Assembly (NCBI GenBank): GCA_964482285.1
Contig: CAYZWZ010000001.1
Span: 53,521 to 117,520, forward strand
Direction: 5' to 3'
From: an uncultured Helicobacter sp.
GTDB taxonomy: Bacteria > Campylobacterota > Campylobacteria > Campylobacterales > Arcobacteraceae
Length of the DNA: 64,000 bases
Below the pieces are notes generated by a model. It saw only the letters and a program-made list of their open reading frames with translations, searched no databases and was not told where the DNA came from. Below are positions 47,869-57,906 of the stretch, piece after piece (positions within the stretch are counted from its first letter, which is position 1; each line of letters starts with the position of its first letter). A program made the translations under genes and the position numbers.

Positions 47869-47947
47869 GCTTTAATATAAAAATTAATTAATAGCTTAGT
47901 TATTTTTTATTAGATTAAAAAGATAAATAATTTATGATTTTTAAAAG

Positions 47948-48023
47948 TGGAGCTGGATATAGGACTTGAACCTACGACCTGCTGATTACAAATCAGCTGC
48001 TCTACCAACTGAGCTAATCCAGC
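47948..48023 (-). tRNA. tRNA-Thr (anticodon TGT), CCA encoded
   Basis: Reverse complement GCTGGAT TA GCTC AGTTGGTA GAGC A GCTGA TTTGTAA TCAGC AGGTC GTAGG TTCAAGT CCTAT ATCCAGC T CCA folds as a cloverleaf. Confidence 0.9.
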
Positions 48024-48064
48024 AACAATAATTCTCAAAATATTAAAAGTAAATGATTTTGAAG

Positions 48065-48141
48065 TGGTGGGTCCTGAAGGACTCGAACCTTCGACCACTC
48101 GGTTATGAGCCGAGTGCTCTAACCAGCTGAGCTAAGGACCC
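48065..48141 (-). tRNA. tRNA with CAT anticodon: elongator tRNA-Met or lysidine-modified tRNA-Ile2 (not initiator), CCA encoded
   Basis: Reverse complement GGGTCCT TA GCTC AGCTGGTTA GAGC A CTCGG CTCATAA CCGAG TGGTC GAAGG TTCGAGT CCTTC AGGACCC A CCA. The G1:C72 pair and the lack of a GGG/CCC anticodon stem exclude the initiator. Confidence 0.85.
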
Positions 48142-48175
48142 ATATAAAAAGTGTCAGCTAGTTTTTAAGTTCGGT

Positions 48176-48204
48176 ATTATAACTTGAAATAGATTCATTG
48201 TCAA
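48176..48204 (-). promoter_or_regulatory. Perfect-consensus sigma70 promoter for the two-tRNA operon
   Basis: The minus strand reads TTGACA-ATGAATCTATTTCAAGT(17)-TATAAT. The -10 ends about 35 nt upstream of the tRNA 5' end at 48141. Confidence 0.7.
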
Positions 48205-48256
48205 TTAAATTTAGCTTAAATTTTAAAATTTTAATTTATTTAGATATAATCATTTT

Positions 48257-48865
48257 ATGAAAGAGATATATTTTATAACAGCAACTAATACAAATGTCGG
48301 TAAAACAAAAGCTAGTGAAGTATTTTTAAAAAAATTTGCTTTAGTAAATAAACGAGTTGGCTACTTCAAACCAATAGAAACAGGTGTAATTGATAAACCA
48401 CTAGATGGTACAGTTATGTTTGATTTGACAAAATCATTAAATAAAGAGTTTATAAACTTATCCATAAATGATATAGTACCTTATCAGTTTAAACTGCCTG
48501 CTGCTCCTTTTGTGGCAAATGAAGAAAACATTGATATTAATATAGATTTTATAAAAAATAAAATATCATATTTATTACAATTTTGTGATACTTTGATAAT
48601 TGAAGGGGCAGGAGGATTATATGTACCTATTAAAAAAGATTATTTTATGTATAATTTAATAAAAGATATAAATCCTACTCAAACTTATCTAATTGTACCA
48701 TCTCAGTTAGGAAGTATCAATGAAACTATGCTAAATATAGAGTTTTTAAAAAATAAGCACATAGATTTTCAATGGTTTATAAACCTTTATAAAGACAAAA
48801 ATGAGTTTAATAAAATAACATTGCCATTTTATAAAGCATATTTCGATAAAATATCTTTTTTATAA
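48257..48865 (+). CDS. bioD: Dethiobiotin synthetase
   Basis: N-terminal P-loop FITATNTNVGKT and EGAGG motif; about 200 aa. Confidence 0.8.
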   Translation: MKEIYFITATNTNVGKTKASEVFLKKFALVNKRVGYFKPIETGVIDKPLDGTVMFDLTKSLNKEFINLSINDIVPYQFKLPAAPFVANEENIDINIDFIKNKISYLLQFCDTLIIEGAGGLYVPIKKDYFMYNLIKDINPTQTYLIVPSQLGSINETMLNIEFLKNKHIDFQWFINLYKDKNEFNKITLPFYKAYFDKISFL

Positions 48866-48874
48866 AGGACTAAA

Positions 48875-49588
48875 ATGGGTAAAATACTATTATTTTTAAT
48901 GTTTGTTTTTTCAACTATCAATGCAAATAATCTAAAAGAGCAAATATTAACAATTGAAAATGTAAACAATAACAAAGCAACTATAAATATAGGAAAATTA
49001 ACTCCTGGACAAAGTGGGATAATAGTACATAATTTTGCTAATAAAAAATCTATTATTTTAACAAAAGCTGTTGTGATATCTAGTAATAAAACTAGCTCAA
49101 CAATTCAGTTTGTACCTAGTGATATATTAAAACAAGATTCTCTAGTTACTACAAATCTGAAACCAAAAAATGGTGATGACTTTGTTTTAAATCATCTATA
49201 CAATGTATCTTTACTAATAGCTCCAAACTTTAACGCATATGAAGGTATTAGAAGAAACTTATCAAACAATTTTATAGATATCGAGCTATTTGCTGCTAAG
49301 TTAAAAATAAATAATACTCCAGTACCTAAAAAAGAAGATTTTCAAGAGTTTATGGCAAAAAACAATATAGGAACTTTATATATGGTGATTAAAGATAAAC
49401 TATATATAGTAGATGCACTAAGTTTTAAAATATTATCAATAATAAATATAAAACTTAACAATCAAAAAACAACTGTTCCATTTTATACAAATATAGGAGA
49501 GATTAAAACTTCTTTATTTGATTGGGTAAGTGATGAAAAAATCAAAGATTATAATAAATATTATTCAAAACTATTAGGGATAAAATAA
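48875..49588 (+). CDS. Hypothetical secreted protein (237 aa)
   Basis: Signal peptide MGKILLFLMFVFSTINA. No motif recognised with confidence. Confidence 0.5.
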   Translation: MGKILLFLMFVFSTINANNLKEQILTIENVNNNKATINIGKLTPGQSGIIVHNFANKKSIILTKAVVISSNKTSSTIQFVPSDILKQDSLVTTNLKPKNGDDFVLNHLYNVSLLIAPNFNAYEGIRRNLSNNFIDIELFAAKLKINNTPVPKKEDFQEFMAKNNIGTLYMVIKDKLYIVDALSFKILSIINIKLNNQKTTVPFYTNIGEIKTSLFDWVSDEKIKDYNKYYSKLLGIK

Positions 49589-50973
49589 TGCTAGAAAATA
49601 AACATATACAATATCTTCAAAGTGTAGTTGGAGATGAAAATGTAAAAAGTGACAAAGCACATATGATTGCATACTCTTATGATGCTACAAGAACAAGATT
49701 TGAACCAGATGCAGTTGTATTTCCAAGAGATAAACATGATGTTAGTAAAATATTAAAATATTGTAATAATAACTTAATAATAATAGTACCAAGAGGTGCT
49801 GGAAGTGGATTTACTGGTGGAGCATTGCCTGCTAGTGGAGGAATACTTATATCAATGGAAAGATATATGAATAAACTTCTTGAGATTGATATGGATAATA
49901 TGTTAGCCGTAGTTCAACCAGGTCTTATAAATATGGACTTACAAAAAGCAGTAGAGGAGGTTGGATTATTTTATCCACCAGATCCAGCTAGTGAAGAGTA
50001 TTCAACATTAGGTGGAAATGTAAGTGAAAATGCTGGTGGTATGAGAGCTGCTAAATATGGTATTACAAAAGACTATGTTATGGCTATGGAAGCTGTTTTA
50101 CCAAATGGTGAAATAATAAAAGCTGGTAAAAAAACAATCAAAGATGTAGCTGGATTTAATATAGCTGGAATTTTAACAGGTAGTGAAGGTACACTTGCTG
50201 TTATTACAGAAATCACATTAAAACTAATCCCTAAACCAAAACATAAAAAAACATATATGGGGATATTTCCAGATGTAAATTCTGCTATGAATGCAGTATT
50301 TAAATCACTTAGTGCTGGTGCTAGTCCTGTTGCTATGGAATTTTTAGATGCTTTATGTATACAAGCTTTAAAAGAGAAACTAAATGTTGATCTACCAAGC
50401 TGGGCAGGTGCCGTTCTTATAGGTGATGTTGATGGAAACTTAGAAGATGAGATTAAATTTCAACTTGATACTTTAGAAAAATCATTTAAAGAAAATGGAA
50501 GTAAAGAATTTAGAATTGCTAAAAATGATGAAGAAGCAAAAGAGTTATGGTTTGCAAGGAGAAATGCAAGTCCATCTGTAACTATTTTTGGTACTAAAAA
50601 ACTAAATGAAGATATTTCAGTTCCTAGATCTATGTTACCACAAGCTTTAGAAAATATCTATGCAATTGGTGAAAAGTATGGGTTTAAAGTTCCATGTTTT
50701 GGTCATAGTGGAGATGGAAATATACATGTAAATGTTATGGTTCCAGATAAAAACAATGAAAAACAGATGGAAGATGGGCATAAAGCTATTGAAGAGATAT
50801 TCCAAATGGTTGTAGATATGGGTGGAACTTTAAGTGGAGAGCATGGAATAGGAACTGCAAAAGCTCCATTTATGCATATTGCGTTTAGTGATGCTGAGAT
50901 GGAATTATTTAGAGCTGTTAAAAAAGCCTTTGATCCCAATAACATATTAAATCCCAACAAAATGGGTTTATAA
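49588..50973 (+). CDS. glcD: FAD-linked oxidase, glycolate oxidase subunit GlcD-like
   Basis: FAD_binding_4 pattern (PRGAGSGFTGGA, GGNVSENAGG) and C-terminal GGTLSGEHGIG. Confidence 0.8.
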   Translation: MLENKHIQYLQSVVGDENVKSDKAHMIAYSYDATRTRFEPDAVVFPRDKHDVSKILKYCNNNLIIIVPRGAGSGFTGGALPASGGILISMERYMNKLLEIDMDNMLAVVQPGLINMDLQKAVEEVGLFYPPDPASEEYSTLGGNVSENAGGMRAAKYGITKDYVMAMEAVLPNGEIIKAGKKTIKDVAGFNIAGILTGSEGTLAVITEITLKLIPKPKHKKTYMGIFPDVNSAMNAVFKSLSAGASPVAMEFLDALCIQALKEKLNVDLPSWAGAVLIGDVDGNLEDEIKFQLDTLEKSFKENGSKEFRIAKNDEEAKELWFARRNASPSVTIFGTKKLNEDISVPRSMLPQALENIYAIGEKYGFKVPCFGHSGDGNIHVNVMVPDKNNEKQMEDGHKAIEEIFQMVVDMGGTLSGEHGIGTAKAPFMHIAFSDAEMELFRAVKKAFDPNNILNPNKMGL

Positions 50974-51015
50974 TATCTTTTTGTTTCTTTTATAATCATT
51001 TTCAAAAGGCAAAAG

Positions 51016-51774
51016 ATGAAAAATAAAGTAAAATACATCATAGAATTTTTCAACGATGATACAATGTATTTTGCTGCAAGTTTAAGTTTTTTTACTATAT
51101 TTTCACTTCTTCCTATTTTAGCACTTCTTATTGCAGTGATGTCAACTACTGGTTACTTTGAATCACAAATAGCGACTCTTATGAGCTATTTATACGATTT
51201 TATAAATCCTACACATTCAATGCAGGTTGTAAATACTATCCAAAATGCTTTAGAAAATATAAATAACCTTGGAAATATAGGTTTAATATATCTATTGTTT
51301 ATATTTACAATGTTTTTTAAAGATTATGAATATATTATTAGTAAAATACACAAAACAAAGCAAAGATCTTTTTTTGCAATGTTTATGCTATATTTATCAT
51401 TTTTAATTCTTATACCTATAGTATTAGCTATATCAACTTTTATAATGTCATATTTTACTAACAATTTATTAATAACTATACTAAATTTTATATTTTCTAT
51501 AGTAGTAGTTACATTTTTATTTAAAATTTCTGTAAATAAAACTATAAATACAAAAGCTGCATTTATATCATCACTTACAACAGTTAGTGCTTTAAAACTA
51601 ACACAAGCATTATTTGTGTATTATATCGCATATAACACTACTTATACAACAATATATGGAACATTAAGTGCTATGTTATTTGTATTTTTATGGATATACT
51701 TATCTTGGATAGTATATTTATATGGTGTAAAATTATCTCATAGGTTAAATTTAGGAACAAAGCTTGACAAATAA
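51016..51774 (+). CDS. YihY/BrkB-family inner membrane protein
   Basis: AASLSFFTIFSLLPILAL N-terminal motif and about six TM segments. Confidence 0.7.
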   Translation: MKNKVKYIIEFFNDDTMYFAASLSFFTIFSLLPILALLIAVMSTTGYFESQIATLMSYLYDFINPTHSMQVVNTIQNALENINNLGNIGLIYLLFIFTMFFKDYEYIISKIHKTKQRSFFAMFMLYLSFLILIPIVLAISTFIMSYFTNNLLITILNFIFSIVVVTFLFKISVNKTINTKAAFISSLTTVSALKLTQALFVYYIAYNTTYTTIYGTLSAMLFVFLWIYLSWIVYLYGVKLSHRLNLGTKLDK

Positions 51775-52498
51775 AATTTTATTAATTCTTATCATATCTG
51801 CTATCTCTTTATTTGGAGCAAATGAAGCACCACTTATAAACTTAAGTGTAGCTCAAGTAGATCAACCAGAACAATTTGTAAAAACTATAAATATAGCTAT
51901 TATATTAGCTTTATTTGTACTAGCTCCTACACTTTTACTTATGGCTACTAGTTTTACTAGACTTATTATTGTATTTGGTTTATTAAGACAAGCTTTAGGG
52001 TTACAACAATCACCTCCAAATCAGGTTATTATATCATTATCACTTATTTTGACTTTCTTTATTATGCAACCTTATGCAAATAAAGCTTGGGAAAATGGGA
52101 TACAACCATATATGGATAAAACTATAACTTACAATGTAGCTATTGAAAAAAGTGTTGCTCCATTTAAAGATTTTATGATTAAAAATACAAGAGAATCTGA
52201 TCTTGCACTGTTTTATCGTATAAAAAAAGAACCTAATCCAAAAAATATTGAAGATGTTGATATAGTAATCCTTATGCCTGCATTTATTGTAAGTGAATTA
52301 AGAACAGCATTTGAGATAGGTTTTTTAATATTTTTACCTTTTTTAGTTATTGATATTATTGTTGCATCTATCCTTATGTCTTTAGGTATGATGATGCTTC
52401 CACCTGTTATGATATCATTACCTATTAAGTTAGTTTTTTTTATTGTAATTGATGGATGGTTTGTAATTATAGGAAACCTTGCACAGAGTTTTAAATGA
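51764..52498 (+). CDS. fliP: Flagellar export protein FliP (TTG start, cleavable signal peptide)
   Basis: FTRLIIVFGLLRQALGLQQSPPNQVIISLSLILTFFIMQP is the FliP signature. AGGAA SD lies 6 nt before the TTG. Confidence 0.93.
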   Translation: MTNKILLILIISAISLFGANEAPLINLSVAQVDQPEQFVKTINIAIILALFVLAPTLLLMATSFTRLIIVFGLLRQALGLQQSPPNQVIISLSLILTFFIMQPYANKAWENGIQPYMDKTITYNVAIEKSVAPFKDFMIKNTRESDLALFYRIKKEPNPKNIEDVDIVILMPAFIVSELRTAFEIGFLIFLPFLVIDIIVASILMSLGMMMLPPVMISLPIKLVFFIVIDGWFVIIGNLAQSFK

Positions 52499-54192
52499 TA
52501 AAATATATACTTATAACAATACTACTATTAACAAATATCTACTCAAGTGATATTATTAAACTTACTAAAGCTGAAGAACACTATTTAAAAACACATACAA
52601 TAACTATAGGAACTGAAGTATGGAAACCTATTGTATATAAAGAGGATAATAAACTAAAAGGTATTATAGGTGATATTATAAATAAATCTTTAGCTCATCT
52701 TCCAGTTAAAATAAAACTAAAAATTGAACAAGATTCATGGGATAAGATTTTTAATAAATTTAAAGATCACCAATTAGATGTTTTACCAGCTTTGTATTAC
52801 TCAAAACAAAGAGAAGAGTATGGAAATTATAGTAAAAAACTTTTTACACTAAATGAATACTTATATGTAAAAGAAAATTCAACTATTAAAAATTTTCATG
52901 ATCTAGAAGATAAAAAAATAGCCATAATAAAAGGCTATATAATGATAGATAAAATTCATAAAAAATATCCAACTATCAATATAATACAAACAAAAAATTT
53001 AAATCAATCATTTAAACTTTTATTAGAAGGAAAAGTTGATGCTATTATTGATGGACAAATAATAGTAGAAAATTTTATAAAAAGTAATTTAATAATAGGT
53101 GTAAAAAGTATATATCAAAATTCATTTGAAGCTAATGATATTTATCTTATTACAAATATTCAAAAACCAATTTTAAAATCTATTTTTGCTAAAGCTCTAA
53201 ATTCATTAACTGCTAAAGAAAAAGATGAAATATTTCAAACATATAATCTAGAAGAACATATGCAAGGATTAGATTACTCTATAGTTTATAATTTTATTTT
53301 TATTTTTATTGCTATATTAGCTTTATTTTTATATAGACAAAGTATTTTAAAAGACGCAAATAAAAAATTACAATTAGCTGTAGAAGAAAAAACAAAAGCT
53401 CTAATAAATATAAATAATAATTTAGAAAAAGCAATAGATGAAGAGATTAAAAAAGCTAGAAAAATAGAAAGAAAATTATATGAAACTCAAAAAATGGTTT
53501 CTATATCTGATCTTATTACAAATATTTCTCATCAATGGAGACAACCTTTAAGTGTGATTACAACTACAGCTACTGGTTTACTTATGAAACAAGAGATGAA
53601 TATGTTAGATGATGAAAATTTAAGAAAAAATCTAAAGAAAATAAATGATAAAGCTCAATACATGTCAAAAACTATTGATGATTTTAAGGTTCTAATTACA
53701 ATAGATGAAAATAAAGAACCTATAAAACTAAAAGATGTTGTAAATAAATGTTTATCTCTTCAAGAAACAATAATAACACAAATGAATATAAAAGTAATCA
53801 AAAATTTAGATGAAACTATTATCTTAAATACTTATTCAAATGCTTTAATACAATCTATTACAAATATTTTAAATAATGCAATAGATGCAATTCAAAAAAT
53901 AGATCCTAACGAAAAATTTATATTTATAAATACTTATAAAAAGAAACAAAATGTAATTATAGAGATATATGATAATGCAAATGGTATACCAAATAATATT
54001 TTAAATAAAATTTTTGAAGCATATTTTACAACAAAACATAAATCACAAGGTACAGGTTTAGCCTTAAATATAACATACAACACTATTAAAAACACACTTG
54101 ATGGTGATATAGAAGTTCAAAATTATGAATATACTTACAATAACAACAACTATAAAGGGGCAAAGTTTATTATAACTTTACCATTATCTTAA
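52495..54192 (+). CDS. Sensor histidine kinase with periplasmic solute-binding (SBP_bac_3-like) sensor domain
   Basis: Signal/TM segment, about 230-aa periplasmic domain, second TM, H-box ISHQWRQPL, and N and G boxes (NNAIDA, GTGLAL). ATGA overlap with fliP. Confidence 0.8.
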   Translation: MIKYILITILLLTNIYSSDIIKLTKAEEHYLKTHTITIGTEVWKPIVYKEDNKLKGIIGDIINKSLAHLPVKIKLKIEQDSWDKIFNKFKDHQLDVLPALYYSKQREEYGNYSKKLFTLNEYLYVKENSTIKNFHDLEDKKIAIIKGYIMIDKIHKKYPTINIIQTKNLNQSFKLLLEGKVDAIIDGQIIVENFIKSNLIIGVKSIYQNSFEANDIYLITNIQKPILKSIFAKALNSLTAKEKDEIFQTYNLEEHMQGLDYSIVYNFIFIFIAILALFLYRQSILKDANKKLQLAVEEKTKALININNNLEKAIDEEIKKARKIERKLYETQKMVSISDLITNISHQWRQPLSVITTTATGLLMKQEMNMLDDENLRKNLKKINDKAQYMSKTIDDFKVLITIDENKEPIKLKDVVNKCLSLQETIITQMNIKVIKNLDETIILNTYSNALIQSITNILNNAIDAIQKIDPNEKFIFINTYKKKQNVIIEIYDNANGIPNNILNKIFEAYFTTKHKSQGTGLALNITYNTIKNTLDGDIEVQNYEYTYNNNNYKGAKFIITLPLS

Positions 54193-54202
54193 GTATATAA
54201 TT

Positions 54203-55420
54203 TTAGTATACCTTTTTCATCTTTGTACTAATAGATAAAACTAATCCAAGTGCAATACCTAAAGATAGTACAGAACTACCTCCATAAGATAAAAATGGAA
54301 CAGCAATACCTTTTATAGGGATAATACCAGCTATTCCATATGAATTAATTATAAAAGCAACTACAAGCATAATAGATATACCCAAAGTAAATAGATGATA
54401 TTTTGAATTTTCAATTCGTCTACTTATTCTTAAAATTCTAAGAACTAAAGTTACAAATAATACAACTATAAAAAATAATCCAACTAATCCAATCTCTTCA
54501 GTAATACCAGCTAACACAAAGTCTGTATGTACTTCAGATAAAAACCCAAGTTTCATAGCTCCATTTGATAAATCAACACCAAACCAACCACCATGATATA
54601 TTGCATTTAATGAGTTAGATACTTGATAAGGTTCTGGAAAATCTTTTACCCTTAAAACTGTAGCTATTGATTCAGGAAATATTGTAAGTATACTATCTTG
54701 TACACTTGACCACCAAGATTGAAGTCTATTTATTCTATGTGGAGCTAAAAGTATTAATGATATCACCCCTATTATTGCTGATGATATTATCATCACAAAT
54801 AGTTTAGCACTTCTATTTGCAAAAATAAGCATCACAAATAATACAGTTCCAAGTAGTACTACTTGTCCTAAATCTTTTTGTAAAACTGCAATTAAAAAGA
54901 CAGCAATGGAAAAAACTATAAAATAAGGAACTAACATTTTTAGTTCCTCTTTAAAACTAACTTTACTAATACCTATAAATTTTCTATTAAATGAAAAAGC
55001 CAAAAAGTATATAAATCCTATTTTAAAAAACTCAACAGGTGATAAAGAAAATCCAGGAAGCCTTATCCATCTATTGGCTCCTCCTGATTGTGTTACAAAA
55101 GAAGCTGGCAAAAATGGCATAACTGACATAAGTATAATAAAAAAGCCAAATAAAAACCATCCTATTTTATATTTATCAAATAAAATTTCTGGTCTTATAT
55201 GTGCAAAGAAAAACATTATAAATATAGCTATAAATCCTACAAATGCTTGTCTTATTAAAAAATGAAACTGATTATAATCAAAATAATCAACTGTAAAAAT
55301 AGATAAAGAATATGAAAAAATCATACCAATAATAAATAATATACTAGCAAGGATTAACAATATATAGTCAGGTTTTTGATCACTAAGAATAGGTTTAATA
55401 TGTTTTTGGATAAAATTCAT
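54203..55420 (-). CDS. SEDS-family peptidoglycan polymerase (FtsW/RodA)
   Basis: About 10 TM segments. Motifs LGFLSEVHTDFV and IPIKGIAVPFLSYGGSS. Confidence 0.85.
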   Translation of the reverse strand: MNFIQKHIKPILSDQKPDYILLILASILFIIGMIFSYSLSIFTVDYFDYNQFHFLIRQAFVGFIAIFIMFFFAHIRPEILFDKYKIGWFLFGFFIILMSVMPFLPASFVTQSGGANRWIRLPGFSLSPVEFFKIGFIYFLAFSFNRKFIGISKVSFKEELKMLVPYFIVFSIAVFLIAVLQKDLGQVVLLGTVLFVMLIFANRSAKLFVMIISSAIIGVISLILLAPHRINRLQSWWSSVQDSILTIFPESIATVLRVKDFPEPYQVSNSLNAIYHGGWFGVDLSNGAMKLGFLSEVHTDFVLAGITEEIGLVGLFFIVVLFVTLVLRILRISRRIENSKYHLFTLGISIMLVVAFIINSYGIAGIIPIKGIAVPFLSYGGSSVLSLGIALGLVLSISTKMKKVY

Positions 55421-55467
55421 TCCGTATTATAGCAAATAATTATCAAATTAAATCAAAAAAGAGAAAA

Positions 55468-57294
55468 ATGAATCCAAATATAAAAGCACGAAGAAATAAA
55501 ATACTTTTTACTTTTTTAACTATAGTTTTTGTTTTTAGTATATTGATATTTTCAATAACTAAAACAATCACTCATGAAAGACGAATACCATCACTAAATA
55601 CTGCAAAGCTAGATCTTGCAGTTCGTGGAAATATTCTAAGTGCTGATAATTTTAAAATTGCAACTTCTAAAAAAATATATACAGCAAGTATAAATACAAA
55701 ATCTTTAGACACAAATAAATTAGACCTTTTTGTAAATCTTTTTTCTATTTATAGTAATATGGATAAAAAAGAGTTAAAATCTCTTATTTTAAAAGATATG
55801 AAAAAAAGAAGAGGTTATCTAATACTTTCTCAAGAGATATCTTCAAGAACAGCAAAAAACTTAAAATTTCTTGCACGAAAACTAATACAATTAAAAGTAT
55901 TTAAACCTATAAAAGTAAATGGTGCAAGACTTGTATTTGGACTTGATCTAATAGAAACAGGTGAGAGTAGATTATATTCATATAAAGATACTCTAACACC
56001 TGTGGTTGGGTATATAAGAAAGAAAAATAACAAAAGTAAAAAACTGCGTGTTAATGGTGAAAAAGGTTTAGAAAAATATTATAATTTTGAACTTAACAAT
56101 ATAAAAAATGGATTACTAAAAGGTGAAAGAGATATTGGATCAAATATTATATTTAATAAAAATTCAAAAATAATCCTTACTAAAAATGGACAAACTTTAA
56201 AGCTAAATATACCTTTAAAACTACAAAAAAATATAGAGATAATATTAGATAAATATAAGAAAAAACTCCAAGCAAAAGAGATAGTAGCTTGTATTATGGA
56301 GACAAAAACAGGAAATATAATCGCTTTTGCTTCATCTAATAGATTTAATCCAACTTCTATAAAACAAAATGAGATAAATCATCTAAACGTAAATGCAATT
56401 GAACAATCATTTGAGCCAGGTTCAGTAATAAAACCAATAACAATAGCACTTGCATTGGATAAAAATAAAGTTAATCAAACAGAACTATTTTCTGCATACA
56501 ATTTTACAAAACCAAATAAAAAAGGTTTATATAGAAAAGGGAAAATCAAAGTAGATGGTTGGACAATTGGTGATGATCATCAATTTGATAAACACTATTT
56601 AAACTTAAAAGAGATAATAATACACTCAAGTAATATTGGAACACTACAAATTGCACAAAGATTAAGTGCTAGAGAGTTTTTAGATGGATTTCATGCTTTT
56701 GGATTTACTAAAAAAACTGGTATTGATCTTCCTTATGAAAAAGTAGGCTCTCTTCCTTCATACAATCAACTAAGAGCTGGAGAAAGAAAAGGTAAAGACA
56801 ATGTATTCAAAGCTACCTCTTCTTATGGTCAGGGTATGAGAGCTACATTTATACAGGTATTAAAAGCTTATAGTGTATTTAATAACGATGGATATATAGT
56901 AAAACCACAAATCGTACATACTACTTTAAAAAATAAACCCACAAAAGTGATTAGTAAAAAAGCAGCAAATATTGTAAAAAAACTACTTATTCAAACTGTA
57001 CAAGAAGGAACTGGTAAAAATACTATAATAGATGGATTAGAAATAGGTGGTAAAACAGGAACCGCAAATAAAGCAAGAGGAGGAAGATATAAAAGAAAAT
57101 ATATATCTTCATTTTTTGGATTTGCAAATGATGATTATGGACACAAATATACTATTGGAGTAAGTGTAAATGAACCATTAGCTACTGGACCACACTGGTA
57201 CTATTATTATGCTTCAAACTCTGCTGTGCCTGTTTTTAAAGAACTTATAAATACTTTGGTAAAATTTGATTATTTAAAACCAAATACAAATTAA
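55468..57294 (+). CDS. Class B penicillin-binding protein (PBP2/FtsI-type transpeptidase)
   Basis: N-terminal TM. SxxK (GSVIKP), SxN (HSSNIG) and KTG (GKTGTA) motifs. Confidence 0.85.
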   Translation: MNPNIKARRNKILFTFLTIVFVFSILIFSITKTITHERRIPSLNTAKLDLAVRGNILSADNFKIATSKKIYTASINTKSLDTNKLDLFVNLFSIYSNMDKKELKSLILKDMKKRRGYLILSQEISSRTAKNLKFLARKLIQLKVFKPIKVNGARLVFGLDLIETGESRLYSYKDTLTPVVGYIRKKNNKSKKLRVNGEKGLEKYYNFELNNIKNGLLKGERDIGSNIIFNKNSKIILTKNGQTLKLNIPLKLQKNIEIILDKYKKKLQAKEIVACIMETKTGNIIAFASSNRFNPTSIKQNEINHLNVNAIEQSFEPGSVIKPITIALALDKNKVNQTELFSAYNFTKPNKKGLYRKGKIKVDGWTIGDDHQFDKHYLNLKEIIIHSSNIGTLQIAQRLSAREFLDGFHAFGFTKKTGIDLPYEKVGSLPSYNQLRAGERKGKDNVFKATSSYGQGMRATFIQVLKAYSVFNNDGYIVKPQIVHTTLKNKPTKVISKKAANIVKKLLIQTVQEGTGKNTIIDGLEIGGKTGTANKARGGRYKRKYISSFFGFANDDYGHKYTIGVSVNEPLATGPHWYYYYASNSAVPVFKELINTLVKFDYLKPNTN

Positions 57295-57335
57295 TCTTTT
57301 TTAGATATAATTTCAAAAAAATTAAAGGATTTAAT

Positions 57336-57842
57336 ATGTTTGGAAGAACTAAAGAATTAAAAGAATACAACTATACAGATGAAGAGATGGCAAAATTTAA
57401 TTATGCAAAAATCACTACAAATAAAGGTGATATCATTATAAAACTAACACCTGACACTACAAAAAATACAGTAGCAAATTTTGCAACACTTGCAAATGAA
57501 GGATTTTATGATGGTTTAAAATTTCATAGAGTGATCCCTGGTTTTATGGCTCAAGGTGGTTGTCCAAATGGTACAGGTACTGGTGGACCTGATTATTCTA
57601 TTGCATGTGAGACTGACAAAGGTGTACAACAACACAGAACTGGAAGTATATCAATGGCACATGCAGGAAAAGATACTGGTGGAAGTCAGTTTTTTATATG
57701 TTTTGTTCCATGTCCACATTTAGATGGTGGTCATACTGTATTTGGAAATATTGACGTAAATGATGAAAAAAGTTTTGAAGTATTAGAAAATATAAGACAA
57801 GAAGATAGTATAGAAAAAATAAAGATTTTAGAATCTTTATAA
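57336..57842 (+). CDS. ppiB: Cyclophilin-type peptidyl-prolyl cis-trans isomerase
   Basis: FHRVIPGFMAQGG...GTGGPDY...SMAHAG.DTGGSQFFI...LDGGHTVFG. Confidence 0.93.
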   Translation: MFGRTKELKEYNYTDEEMAKFNYAKITTNKGDIIIKLTPDTTKNTVANFATLANEGFYDGLKFHRVIPGFMAQGGCPNGTGTGGPDYSIACETDKGVQQHRTGSISMAHAGKDTGGSQFFICFVPCPHLDGGHTVFGNIDVNDEKSFEVLENIRQEDSIEKIKILESL

Positions 57843-57859
57843 AAATTATTTCTAAAACA

Positions 57860-57893
57860 AAAAAGGCTAAGCAATCTGCTTAGCCTTTTTTTA
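57860..57893. terminator. Bidirectional rho-independent terminator between ppiB (+) and the cytochrome c gene (-)
   Basis: aggctaagc (57864..57872) and gcttagcct (57878..57886) form a 9-bp stem with a 5-nt loop, flanked by an A-run and a T-run. Confidence 0.8.
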
Positions 57894-57906
57894 TTTCATA
57901 AAAAAA

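Noticed and set aside
47869-47947. Terminator downstream of the tRNA operon, or an integration scar or mobile element next to the tRNA genes
   Set aside because: No convincing GC-containing hairpin, direct repeat of the tRNA 3' end, integrase gene or compositional break was visible. The flanking genes are ordinary housekeeping genes.
47910-48098. 62-aa minus-strand ORF in the track
   Set aside because: It lies entirely over the tRNA-Thr and tRNA-CAT genes and their spacer. The 'protein' is just translated tRNA sequence.
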